Positions 13,182-23,335 of a DNA stretch of 64,000 bases are shown here, piece after piece. How positions within the stretch are numbered: position 1 is the first letter of the stretch; each line of letters starts with the position of its first letter. The DNA comes from Lingula anatina (taxonomy: Eukaryota; Animalia; Brachiopoda): assembly GCA_051362555.1 (NCBI GenBank), contig CM120649.1, positions 3,782,001 through 3,846,000 of the forward strand, written 5' to 3'. The translations under genes were made by a program, and so were the position numbers. The notes beneath the pieces are model-generated. The model saw only the letters and a list, made by a program, of their open reading frames with translations. It had not been told where the DNA came from and did no database searches.

Positions 13182-14486
13182 ATGACCATGAAATCTTCTC
13201 GATTTCGCAGAATCACTGTAATTGGATTCACTGTCGTCTGCTTGATAGCAATGCTGTTTTGGAAGGAGCCAATCCGCGACCACGTCACGTATCTTGTACC
13301 GGTATTGGACAACGCGAATGACAAATCGCCATGGGTCTCTGTCCCGACGCTTGAAATTTTCCTCCGCATGTTCCACAAAACTTATCCTCTTTACGAGAAG
13401 ATATTCAGACCAAGCGTGGTTTTATTCTGGCCGCCCCAAATACGTGTGATGGTTATCTTAGACAACGAATCAAAAGAGGATCATGCGCTGGAAAAAGCAA
13501 TTAGAGACAGTCCGCCATATCCAAAAGTTTTCTTTGAAGATCCTAACCCAGAAGTTTACAACAATATCGGTTCAGACCGTATGCAGAGGTCGATGTTTTA
13601 TCCCGAAAATTACACCAAGGCCGAGTACGTCGGCTATGTGGATACAGACACTCTGTTCGTGACGGTTGTAACGCCCGAAGATCTTTTTACAGACGGTAAG
13701 CCCATCGTAATCGGAGTCGTCGGCCAGTTTCTTAACGAATTTTGGCGAGATCTAACAATGAAGCATTCCAAATTATTCAGAACCGGAGAGGTCATGAAAT
13801 GCATGTCCTACTTCCCTGTAATCATGAAAGTGAAACATATTATTGAATGCCGCCATTACCTAGAGCGGTTACATAAGAAATCTTTTGATGCTATCATCAA
13901 AGAAATGTCAGCCAATCGACCCTTTTATCAATTCAGCATAATGTGTCAGTGCATTTACACGCTTCATCGCAATGAGTACGTCTTTCACCTCCATCCGCGT
14001 CCAAACTGGAACTTCAAAGGCAATCTCCCCGGGAGAGTACCACCCCAATTCTACAAAGAAAACTTCACACCTGAAGAACGTACGCCTACCGTCAGAACCT
14101 CGATACATTGGAAATTCCATTCACTACCCAAAAAAGAACTGCTAAAATCTCCGTACAACATGGAGACATATTACCCTCAAGCTCTTTTGATGGGAATTTG
14201 CTATTCCGGTGGGTTTCATATGTGTCCGTCACACTGTAGATTTTCCAATAGGAGTGCCATTCAAAGAGACATGTTTAATTATGAATGGACGGACTGGACT
14301 TGGCACCCCGATTGTATGGCAGCCCAAAAGATACATTACGAGGAAGTGGACCGTTTGTTGACATATTACAAATCACACGGGATGCCTATTTTTGGCGATA
14401 AAAATGTCACCGCTGTTTGTGATCAAATTTATAACATGCTTCCGTTAGATAAGAAGTATCAATCTAATGCCCAGATTAAGACCTAA
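13182..14486 (+). CDS. Type II membrane glycosyltransferase-like protein (GT-A, DxD), copy 1
   Basis: 434-aa uninterrupted ORF. Short basic N-tail plus TM segment (ITVIGFTVVCLIAMLFW), VMVILDNE, and a DxD motif in AEYVGYVDTDTLF. Cys-rich C-terminal part. Paralogue at 34458. Confidence 0.8.
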   Translation: MTMKSSRFRRITVIGFTVVCLIAMLFWKEPIRDHVTYLVPVLDNANDKSPWVSVPTLEIFLRMFHKTYPLYEKIFRPSVVLFWPPQIRVMVILDNESKEDHALEKAIRDSPPYPKVFFEDPNPEVYNNIGSDRMQRSMFYPENYTKAEYVGYVDTDTLFVTVVTPEDLFTDGKPIVIGVVGQFLNEFWRDLTMKHSKLFRTGEVMKCMSYFPVIMKVKHIIECRHYLERLHKKSFDAIIKEMSANRPFYQFSIMCQCIYTLHRNEYVFHLHPRPNWNFKGNLPGRVPPQFYKENFTPEERTPTVRTSIHWKFHSLPKKELLKSPYNMETYYPQALLMGICYSGGFHMCPSHCRFSNRSAIQRDMFNYEWTDWTWHPDCMAAQKIHYEEVDRLLTYYKSHGMPIFGDKNVTAVCDQIYNMLPLDKKYQSNAQIKT

Positions 14487-15009
14487 TCTACCAAAAAAAA
14501 GTTTAATTCTGAGATCAACCAAGACCCAATCTAAGTTCAAGACCAAGGCTTGATTTTCCAGTGATGTAGACTTTTTTGCAAGAAGCATTGTACTGGTACT
14601 TAATGTCAGTCAACATTCGAAGGCAAATAACTGATTTGGACAGGAGTGAAAAGACAGATACTATATACAGATAAATTATACACTATGTGTTGAATTAACT
14701 ATTTGCATTTTCAGTGTGGGACTTGACTCCCACGGGCAAATTTTCTTAATGTCCATATTATTTATAGCAGATAATTAAAAATTGGTGGTAATTATACAGT
14801 TAATCATTATGTAACACTGTATCAAAAAACCTACTTTGTGCACTGCCACCACAATCGTTATAAAAAAAAGAAAACTGTGTGACTCATTATTTTTTTAACT
14901 TTACTCAAATTAGAATACTAGCTCTATTGGAGTATCATTTGTTTTTGAATTTATGCAATCTTTTGTGAAATTTTCTCATTCTGGCAATTTAAAAGTATGG
15001 ACTTGAACT

Positions 15010-15265
15010 CCCATGAGCCCGAAGCCTTATGCTAATAGTTACACATTTTTCTTGGATAGGTCTTAACTGTTGTGATTAATTAATTAGATTTTAAGTAGAT
15101 TAATTATATGTTGACTTTGCGGTTAAGCATAATGTATCCCATGAGCCCGAAGCCTTATGCTAATAGTTACACATTTTTCTTGGATAGGTCTTAACTGTTG
15201 TGATTAATTAATTAGATTTTAAGTAGATTAATTATATGTTGACTTTGCGGTTAAGCATAATGTAT
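15010..15265. repeat. Perfect 128-bp tandem duplication
   Basis: cccatgagcccgaagcc...ggttaagcataatgtat at 15010-15137 and 15138-15265. Confidence 0.93.
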
Positions 15266-15414
15266 TATTGCATCAGAATTGACAGAAGCCTATTTTGTGC
15301 ATTATTATTTTCTGCCTTTTGTCTGTACATTTGATAGCTTTGATAGCTTTTCCTTTTTTGGCATGAATTTGAAAAAATGCATTTTGAATATTTTAAGGAA
15401 AATCTGCAATCTAG

Positions 15415-18203
15415 CTGAAACAACTAACTGTGAAAAATGATGTTTCCTTTGCCACTACTACAAGATGCTTTTTATTGTATATAATCATCGTTGATTCCTT
15501 TTCATAACCGCTTCGAAAAAGGCACGAATAATTGTTTTATAAGGATGCAATACAGCACAATCTCATTAAAATATGCATCAATCTGGAGAACAAAGTAAAA
15601 TAGTAAATAAATGACATGAAAGAATATAAAGGCGTTGTTGTTTCTACCTGGCGTAACATCTAAAGCAAAAGTCAATACCATCATCACACAAACACTCGTT
15701 AATCTGGCTAACATACCAACGCTGTCTTCTGCGGGGCCCTCGTCTCTTTGTCCAGTGACACAGGCAAATATAGACGTGACGAAATACTAGATAACCCGGT
15801 CCATTTTGTTTCCTTAATTTCACAAATGCGACTGAGAGGGTGTGCAACCATGTGAACAGCCAAAAAACCTGGTGAAAACTTTACTTTTCGTCCCCTCGCT
15901 GGCGGAGGTCTTGTTAATTTTTAATTGAACTGACTGTGGGACATCACACAGAATTTTACCCAATGTACGTCTAGTAAAAAAGCTTGTACTGTCAAGTTTT
16001 ATCCAGTTAGTGTCCCTGATATGCCCTCTGACATATACAGCGGTGACATTGCACTGCAACAATCTTTCAAATTTCTGAACATGAAATTCCTTATATCTAT
16101 ATAAATATCTCAGACGGTTAAATCAGGATTAATCTCTCCATACAACATCGCTTAACAATTTTGTGACATAGGCACTCTTTCTTAATGGTTCAATAAATCG
16201 ACCTCCACATAATCGTTGTGCTGCAAAACTCTGTATTAACCTGCTTACAGACAAGTCTATAAAAGATAAGGCCACCGACGCTCGGCCCCTTTGTCCACAG
16301 AGTGCAGCGGTGTACTCCCATTCATTTTCACACACTTCGCTAGCCTTTGGAATGTCAAATAATCTTGGGGTAATTTTAGACACAATAAGTGAATCCCAGT
16401 GTGTTGCACAAGGTCATCTCAGGTCACTGCCACTATCCCTGGGTGTGTTTTAATCTAGAAATAGTTCTTTACATGTGGTAAATCACTGGGCATAGTGTCT
16501 TTTTCTGTTAGAGAGTCTTACGTAAAACTGCAAACAATATTATTTCATGTTGTTATATTCAAGGACAGAGAGAACATTTTAGTTTGTGTAGCTGTTTATT
16601 TTCTAAATGAATGCAAAATCCGTCGATTTATGAAAGGACTACTTAGCAAAGAGTACCATGCGTATCTAATAGCGTGGTGCAAAGTAACATGATGAGAGAA
16701 AAGGATATGAACTTGCGCCTTGTTTCGTTGGAAAAAGAAGGTAAATATAATGGATAATTAAATTCTATACTCAGTATTAGCTTACTGAACTAACGGCGTC
16801 ATATTTATGATACATGTAAAATAAGATATGTACATGTAAATTCATCCTTGACAGTCACATTTTAATAGTATGTTGAAGTTGACTCGCGTCTAGAGATCAG
16901 TAAGTGTAGAATTTTCTCCCCTAGAATTGTATTCCGCGTTTTATATCTCAAGGAACTTACATGTGGTTGAAATGCCAGATCTGGTTTTTTGGACAAGGTC
17001 GAGATAATTCCATCAGTATATGAAGGGTCTACTGTCATGGCTTTCTTATGATTATGACCTTGAAAACTGAGTGTTTATGCAGTATGCTTTACATTGTACG
17101 GGTGTAAACAGTTGATTCACATTTTCTCTTAACTTATTTTGATGACTTTGAGCAAAGTTTTCTTTACTATTCTAGTGATTAAGGTTATCAAAAATAATTA
17201 TTGAAGATGTGAAATAACGGTGTGGTCTTCATATTATGTTAGAGGAGACATAGCGTTGTCCCTCTGGTGGCAGGTTTGAGTATAATCACGTGATGCCTCC
17301 ATGTTGGAGGAATGAATTGTGCCTCCATACAATTGGTTCATGCAAATTTCTCAGCAAGCTTATTGAAAAAAGTAGCAACCAGAGGCTTTTTAAGATTTAT
17401 CAGCTGGCAGCAAAATGATTTCTTACTAATTTCAAATTCTGTAAGGTTAGGTAAAACCGTAGTGAAACAAAGATTGGGAGTCTTTTAAGTTGGGGCAACG
17501 TTTATAAGCTGTAATATATTATTTTTTCTACTTAACGGATTTAAGCCAACTCAAAATATGAGGTATGTGTTCAGTGCAATATTCAAAAATGAAGCAGGAT
17601 ACAGTTCAATTATTAGAGCAATAATGAGAAAAACTTTTTCCTGACTGTTGTTGGCTATTTTGGGTATTAAACGGTCCCAGCACTTTTCCAAATACAAAAA
17701 GAAACCGTACTGACCTGTTTCTTTTGCACAAAACTAAAATAGTGGTGTGGTCCAATATTATAGTTCTGTTGCACAGAAATGACCACTTTTGAATGGGTAT
17801 GGAAATGATTCTTTTTTCAATGGGTATTGGCGGAAATTAAAAAAAAAAGTCGTGATGTTTTATTTTTAGGGGGATTCAGGGGGTGTCAGGGGGGTCCTGA
17901 CTATGAGAAGTTTCGAGAAGACACACATTCTAAAGTGACCAGTGCTATGACCTGTGGGGCTACAGGTTTAGTTTAAAAAACCGACGGCCAGTGCTGTCAA
18001 AGTCTACGGGACGGTCATTGTTCGTTCTCTTTTATTAAGACGTTGTTGTTTTTCTTGCACACCCCCCACTCCCCATTCACACATACACTATAACCCTGAA
18101 ACAACTGTGAAAAAAGATGTTTCCTTTGCCACTACTACAAGATGCTTTTTATTGTATATAAACATCGTTGATTCCTTTTCAAAACCGTTTTACAAAAGGT
18201 ACG
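15415..18203. repeat. ~110-bp dispersed direct repeat (15415-15526 and 18096-18203)
   Basis: aactgtgaaaaa.gatgtttcctttgccactactacaagatgctttttattgtatataa.catcgttgattccttttc is present twice with few mismatches. Confidence 0.85.
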
Positions 18204-18354
18204 GTTGAGGATATTTTTGAAGATTAAAAAACAACAAGGGCGGAAATAAATAAATAAATAATAATTTTAATATGACGAAAAAATACTGTACAAACAAATG
18301 TAGAATAAAATAGATATAAAATGGAAAAGATTGATATTGTTAAGTCACTGAAAT

Positions 18355-18690
18355 AGACGAGGTACTGCTAAGCCGAGGTTCGGTAGATCGTGCCGTGGGC
18401 CGCTGAGACGAGGTGCTGCAGAGCCGTGGGTCGGTAGATCGTGTCGTGGGCCGCTGAGACGAGGTGCTGCAGAGCCGTGGGTCGGTAGATCGTGCTGTGG
18501 GCCGCTAAGACGAGGTGCTGCAGAGCCGTGGGTCGGTAGATCGTGCTGTCGGCCGCTGAGACGAGGTGCTGCAGACCTGTGGGTCGGTAGATCGTGCCGT
18601 GGGCCGCCGAGACGAGGTGCTGCAGAGCCGTGGGTCGGTAGATCGTGCTGTGGGCCGCTGAGACGAAGTGCTGCAGAGCCGTGGGTCGGT
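18355..18690. repeat. GC-rich 51-bp minisatellite, ~6.5 copies
   Basis: Unit gagccgtgggtcggtagatcgtg(c/t)(c/t)gtgggccgctgagacgaggtgctgca recurs at 18421, 18472, etc. Confidence 0.93.
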
Positions 18691-19122
18691 TGTGCAATGC
18701 GTTTCCTGTGGTCAGATGATCTACGCATTGAACAACCTGACACATACCAGATGTGTGTTCATCCATTTCGTGCCAAGTCGTCTCCCACATGTGCCAACTA
18801 TGCTTTGCGCCGCACAGCGACTGACAGCGCCAAGTGCTTTATCTAGCTTAAAGGACGATTCCATAACCCTGTGCACTGGTGCGTGAAATGTGCACGCAAT
18901 GGATTCAGAATTGTGATTAAAACGTGATATAATTTATTTTTTCAAACAAACATATAATGGAAAGTGATATTGATAAGAGAAAAAGGCTGAATTATTTAAC
19001 CACTTTGATTGAACATTGGAGTGAGTTCGCGATGTTGCAATTATCATGATGCCTGTACATTTAAAGAAACATTCTCGGTGTTATGTGTTAGTTTAATATG
19101 TGTCAAAACAGGCTGTAAATAT

Positions 19123-19600
19123 GGCTTCATGTCGAATCCTACACGGTTGCCATAGTTTCTGAAGGATACCAACCGGGAGGTACCTCACATAACATAAAGA
19201 TATATAGTATGCCAAATGACTTTGAACTGCCCTTTCATTATGTCGTGTTATCTTGAATTGTTGTTCAAGTTAAGTATAAATTAAAATACTTTAAACTGTT
19301 CTAGTATCTACAGGTAGATATTTGCCATTTTCTTTTTCGTATGATTTACCCTTGTTCCTACATATAATAGCCCTTTGTTCATTTCTAATAACTATTTGTA
19401 GATTATTATTTTGGTATAGGCAATGGCATATAATTCATAACGATTGTGATTCATATGTTTTCTATTTTGTTTTAAGTCTTTTACAGCACGGCTACACTGT
19501 CAGTTTTCAATATATTTCTTATGCCTTGACTTTATATCATATCTGTGGTCCGTACGGGCTACACACGTGATATTTGCAATGAATGATTGTCTGACAAATC
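19123..19600 (+). other. Diverged duplicate of the upstream/intron region of glycosyltransferase copy 1 (12205-12975)
   Basis: Collinear shared blocks: cctacacggttg, accaaccg, ccctttcattatgt.gtgttatctt, tttgccatttt, and ttgcaatgaat.attgtct. Confidence 0.75.
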
Positions 19601-19763
19601 TTTACGTGCGAGCATCTTTATATGCATGGACTCGTTTTAGTCATTGGCAAACGTTTATAATGATTACAAAAATACACACACTGGACAAAAGAAGCGTCAC
19701 CCCTACTGAACCAATACTTTGGGGGAGATAAATGAATGTGGAATGGTATGCTCCTGATATCAA

Positions 19764-20051
19764 CCGACCGACATGGTGGCCTTGTGGTTAGAGTGTCTGC
19801 CACCGAAGCGGGGGAAGTGAGTTCAAACCCGTCCGGGGACATACCAGTCCTTTATAAACGGTACCTGCTGTCTCCCCACTTGGCACTCAGCACTAAGGGG
19901 TTGAAGCAAGGGCCCTCTCTGGCGGTGGTGAAATGATACGTTGTTAGCTCAGAGCGCCTAATATGGCAGCCGGGCTGTACCCTCCCCAGGGAGGCGAGAG
20001 CGACTATAGAGTGCAGCAGTTAAAAAATTATAAAAATAAATAAATAAAAAG

Positions 20052-20088
<37 letters not shown>
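19764..20088 (+). mobile_element. tRNA-derived SINE
   Basis: Box A-like tggccttgtgg and box B gagttcaaacc. The central block aaacggtacctgctgtctccccacttggcactcagcactaagggg resembles Meta-type SINE domains as I recall them. A-rich/(TA)n tail. Confidence 0.8.
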
Positions 20089-20091
<3 letters not shown>

Positions 20092-20160
20092 AAACTTCAA
20101 CCTTCGGGTTGCTATATTTCAATAATGAGTATTATTATTATTTCATTAACATTTAATTTT

Positions 20161-20203
<43 letters not shown>

Positions 20204-20642
20204 ACAAAATGAGAACAAAATATACATTTATCAAGACACGCAGTTTCAAGTCAAAAATTAGTACTTACTGGCATAGCCACGTGACCTAATAATAGCTGCC
20301 AGTCTACGAGGCAAGGATTGATATAATTGTCTGATGCGTTCAGGACTTATGCTGGCCCAAGCATGAAACACTGAATATAACAGAGTTTGTCTGCTGGTTG
20401 GACGGGCATTTGTCAAAAGGTTTGACGTATCATTCCACATATTTTCTATTATGTTTGCATTCGGACTTTGGGCAGGCCATATCACCCTGCGAATGTCCTG
20501 TTGGCCCAACCAATCATCAACTGATCTGGGTCTGTGACAAGGAGATTGTCATCCTGTTGAATACCAAACATGTTAATAGTAGATGGTAGCAAGCCTGAAT
20601 CCAAAATATCGATATATTTCTGGTGATTCATGTTTCCATTAA

Positions 20643-20985
20643 AGGGATAATAACTCTTCGTATGATATCTATATTTCACAATAAAAACATTGTGAATAAC
20701 TCATAGAAATATAATATATTCTGTTTTACCACAAAAACGACAGTTATAGCTATTATTCTGATATCTGAGCTTGTCTTTAGACCACGTGACCTCCATTGAT
20801 GGCTATACTCTGTTAAAATCTCTTAAGAGATTTTAACAAAAAATCAAACTTTTAAGAAAAAAACCAGGGACTAACTTTGAATGTAAAAATGGATTCATTA
20901 ACCATTGGTTAGTATGGGAAAATTGTTGTTTACTCCAGGAAAATTCATTTTTTGGCCGAAACGAAGAGTTCCCGTTATTATCCCT
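20643..20985. mobile_element. Non-autonomous TIR element with TTAA TSD (Kolobok-like MITE)
   Basis: TTAA|AGGGATAATAAC...GTTATTATCCCT|TTAA; 5'-RR...YY-3' termini. Confidence 0.8.
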
Positions 20986-20989
20986 TTAA

Positions 20990-22593
20990 GGTAGATCGGT
21001 CGTTACGTAATTTGACGATTTGCGCAATTTCATCGCATCGTCAATCGTCTCTAACGACACTTCAGTCTGTTTTATCAATTTGAGGAAATAAAACAATTAT
21101 CTATAAGATAAACACACATTATCAACTTGTCTGTAACTCTGTATGATCGATACAGATTTTCGACAACGTTTGTCGACTATGATTCCATACGACAACTGTA
21201 GCACGTTCATAGACTTGCCCTTCAAGAAATCGTCGGAATAGCTCCTTTTCCAATTTGAATTGGCACTAGAAAATGTATGACAGCTAAAGCTCACAAATTA
21301 TGCACGTAGGTGCTATGTCATGTAAAGAATAAGTGTTGTAAATTCCAATCAAAGCGGCTGCGTACATTTTGAGGTAGAACGCCCTGAATGTGCTGCTGTA
21401 GTTTAGATTTCGACGAAAACCGGAAGTGCGTCGTAACGCCACTCATTTGGACTTTATAGAGAAATTTGGACTGAGAAATATTTCGTAGCTTATACAAATG
21501 TTCAGAAAATGGCCATAGGGTCTACAGCTTGAAGAAAATTCACTAATCAAAATTGAAACTGCGTTATATTATACAGAAAAATTGTGCACTTCTGACCTTG
21601 ACTTGTCAGTGTAAACAAAGTGTACTGAACGCACCGCAAGCAAGCACGTGAATGCCGCATTTGATACTTTGTATCAGACGCTTCATTTTACTTGACAACA
21701 CAGTGTTTACGATGTCACGTTCATGTTATATTCATTAATAAATAACAACGGCAATAAACTATTTTCATATGCATGAGTATTTTCCTTATTATTCTCTTCA
21801 ATAATTTTGTTGTAAAGTTAATGGCTTACACCTTCTCATCAGTTTGACAAATCTGAAAATAGCTAAGTATACTCACTTCAACTGTTAAACATAATGAAAG
21901 TTTTAAATGTACTTAGATGTCTCTCCACACACACACACAAAAAAAAAAATCATAAAAAATAACGATTTAGTGAAAAACACCCATTTTCCCATTGATTTGA
22001 ATGAGGACTTCCGACTAGTGCGTCACGCAGGGTGTAACGCACTTCAACTTAGCGTAGTTCTCTTATTTGGTCGGTGACCCCCAACTTTTTTGGCAAAATT
22101 AAAATCTACTTGGATGCCTCTTTACACAAAAAAGTTTTTTTAAAAAATTCAAACGTTAGAAAAATCATAAAAAATAACGTTTTGGTGAAAAACACCCATT
22201 TCCCCATTGATTTGAATGGGGACTAGTGCGTCACGCAGGGTGTAGCGCACTTCAACTTGGCGTAGTTCTCTTATTTGGTCGGTGACCCCCAATTTTTTTG
22301 GTAAAATTTAAATGTACTTGGAGGCCTCTCTACACAAAAAAATTTAAAAAAAAATTCGAACGTCAGAAAGTCATAAAAAATAATGCTTTAGTGAGAAAAC
22401 ACCCATTTTCCCATTGATTTGAATGGGGACTAGTGCGATATGCAGGGTGTATCATATTTGGGGCTAGTTCTCTTATTTGGTCGGTGACCCCCAATTTTTT
22501 TTGCAAATTTTTAATGTACTTGGGTGTCCCTTCAAACAAAAAAAAAAAAATTAAAAAAATTCAAACGTTGGAACATGTAACGACTGATCTACC
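20990..22593. mobile_element. Second non-autonomous TTAA TIR element (Kolobok-like) with internal tandem repeats
   Basis: TTAA|GGTAGATCGGTCGTTAC...GTAACGACTGATCTACC|TTAA (17-bp TIR, 1 mismatch). Confidence 0.82.
21900..22570. repeat. ~215-bp subterminal tandem repeat, ~3 copies
   Basis: aaacacccattttcccattgatttgaatg...tagttctcttatttggtcggtgacccccaa is repeated three times. Confidence 0.88.
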
Positions 22594-23082
22594 TTAACCA
22601 CTACCAATTCACCCACGCCATTGATGCTGATGCAGCCCAACACCATGATGGATATGCTGCTCCAGGTTAAAAAATTCAGTGCATGTGGTTCAAACGCTTT
22701 ACCAGGAGTTCGCCAGCATCGGACCCGTCTGTCATCAGAGGTCAGATCAAAGCGACACTCATCAGAAAAATTATATATGACCAATTGCCATAGACTGTCC
22801 GGTTCCAGACCCTGTTGGCCCTAGTTCACTCTACATTGCCTGTTTTGTAACGATATAAGAGGTTGCAGTCTTGCTACCTTGTTGCACACTCTCTGATCAT
22901 GTAACCGACGCCTAGCAGTTTTCACAGACAGATTGTTATGTGTGAAATTGTTCCACTGTATTGTCAACTGACAAGCAATGTAGAACCTTGACAACCTGGA
23001 CATCAATATCAGTTGTCGGTCTTCGTAGTCAGTAGTTGTTCTTTGACGACGCATCAGAGGCAATTTGTCTCTTGATCCAGTG

Positions 23083-23335
23083 TGTCCAATATTGTTGTAT
23101 GGTTGTGACCAATTGTGTTAAATTGTGTTAGAGGTGACTATGCAGTGGGTTCCTCTAGTGGTAAAAAAGGAGAGAAGTGAGTAGTTTTTCCATGTTGGAG
23201 GGAGTGTGGACTCCATGCGGGGTGAAGTTGTGACATGTTTGTTGGCCACACGTGGTTTGAATGTAATGTAAAACTGTAAAATAATTTTTAAAAAATTGAA
23301 CCAGCGCAAGTTTTTATTTACTTTTAACTTCAACA
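23083..23335 (+). repeat. 5' LTR of BEL/Pao element
   Basis: tgtccaatattgttgtatgg...cttttaacttcaaca, followed by the PBS. Confidence 0.9.

Noticed and set aside
15010-15265. Perfect 128-bp duplication as a functional element
   Set aside because: Most simply a recent slippage duplication or assembly artefact, with no other structure.
18355-18690. Regular repeats resembling a CRISPR array
   Set aside because: Units are contiguous with no unique spacers; the context is eukaryotic and there are no cas genes.
19764-19850. Possible tRNA gene
   Set aside because: A and B boxes are present but there is no complete cloverleaf, and it continues into a SINE body and tail.
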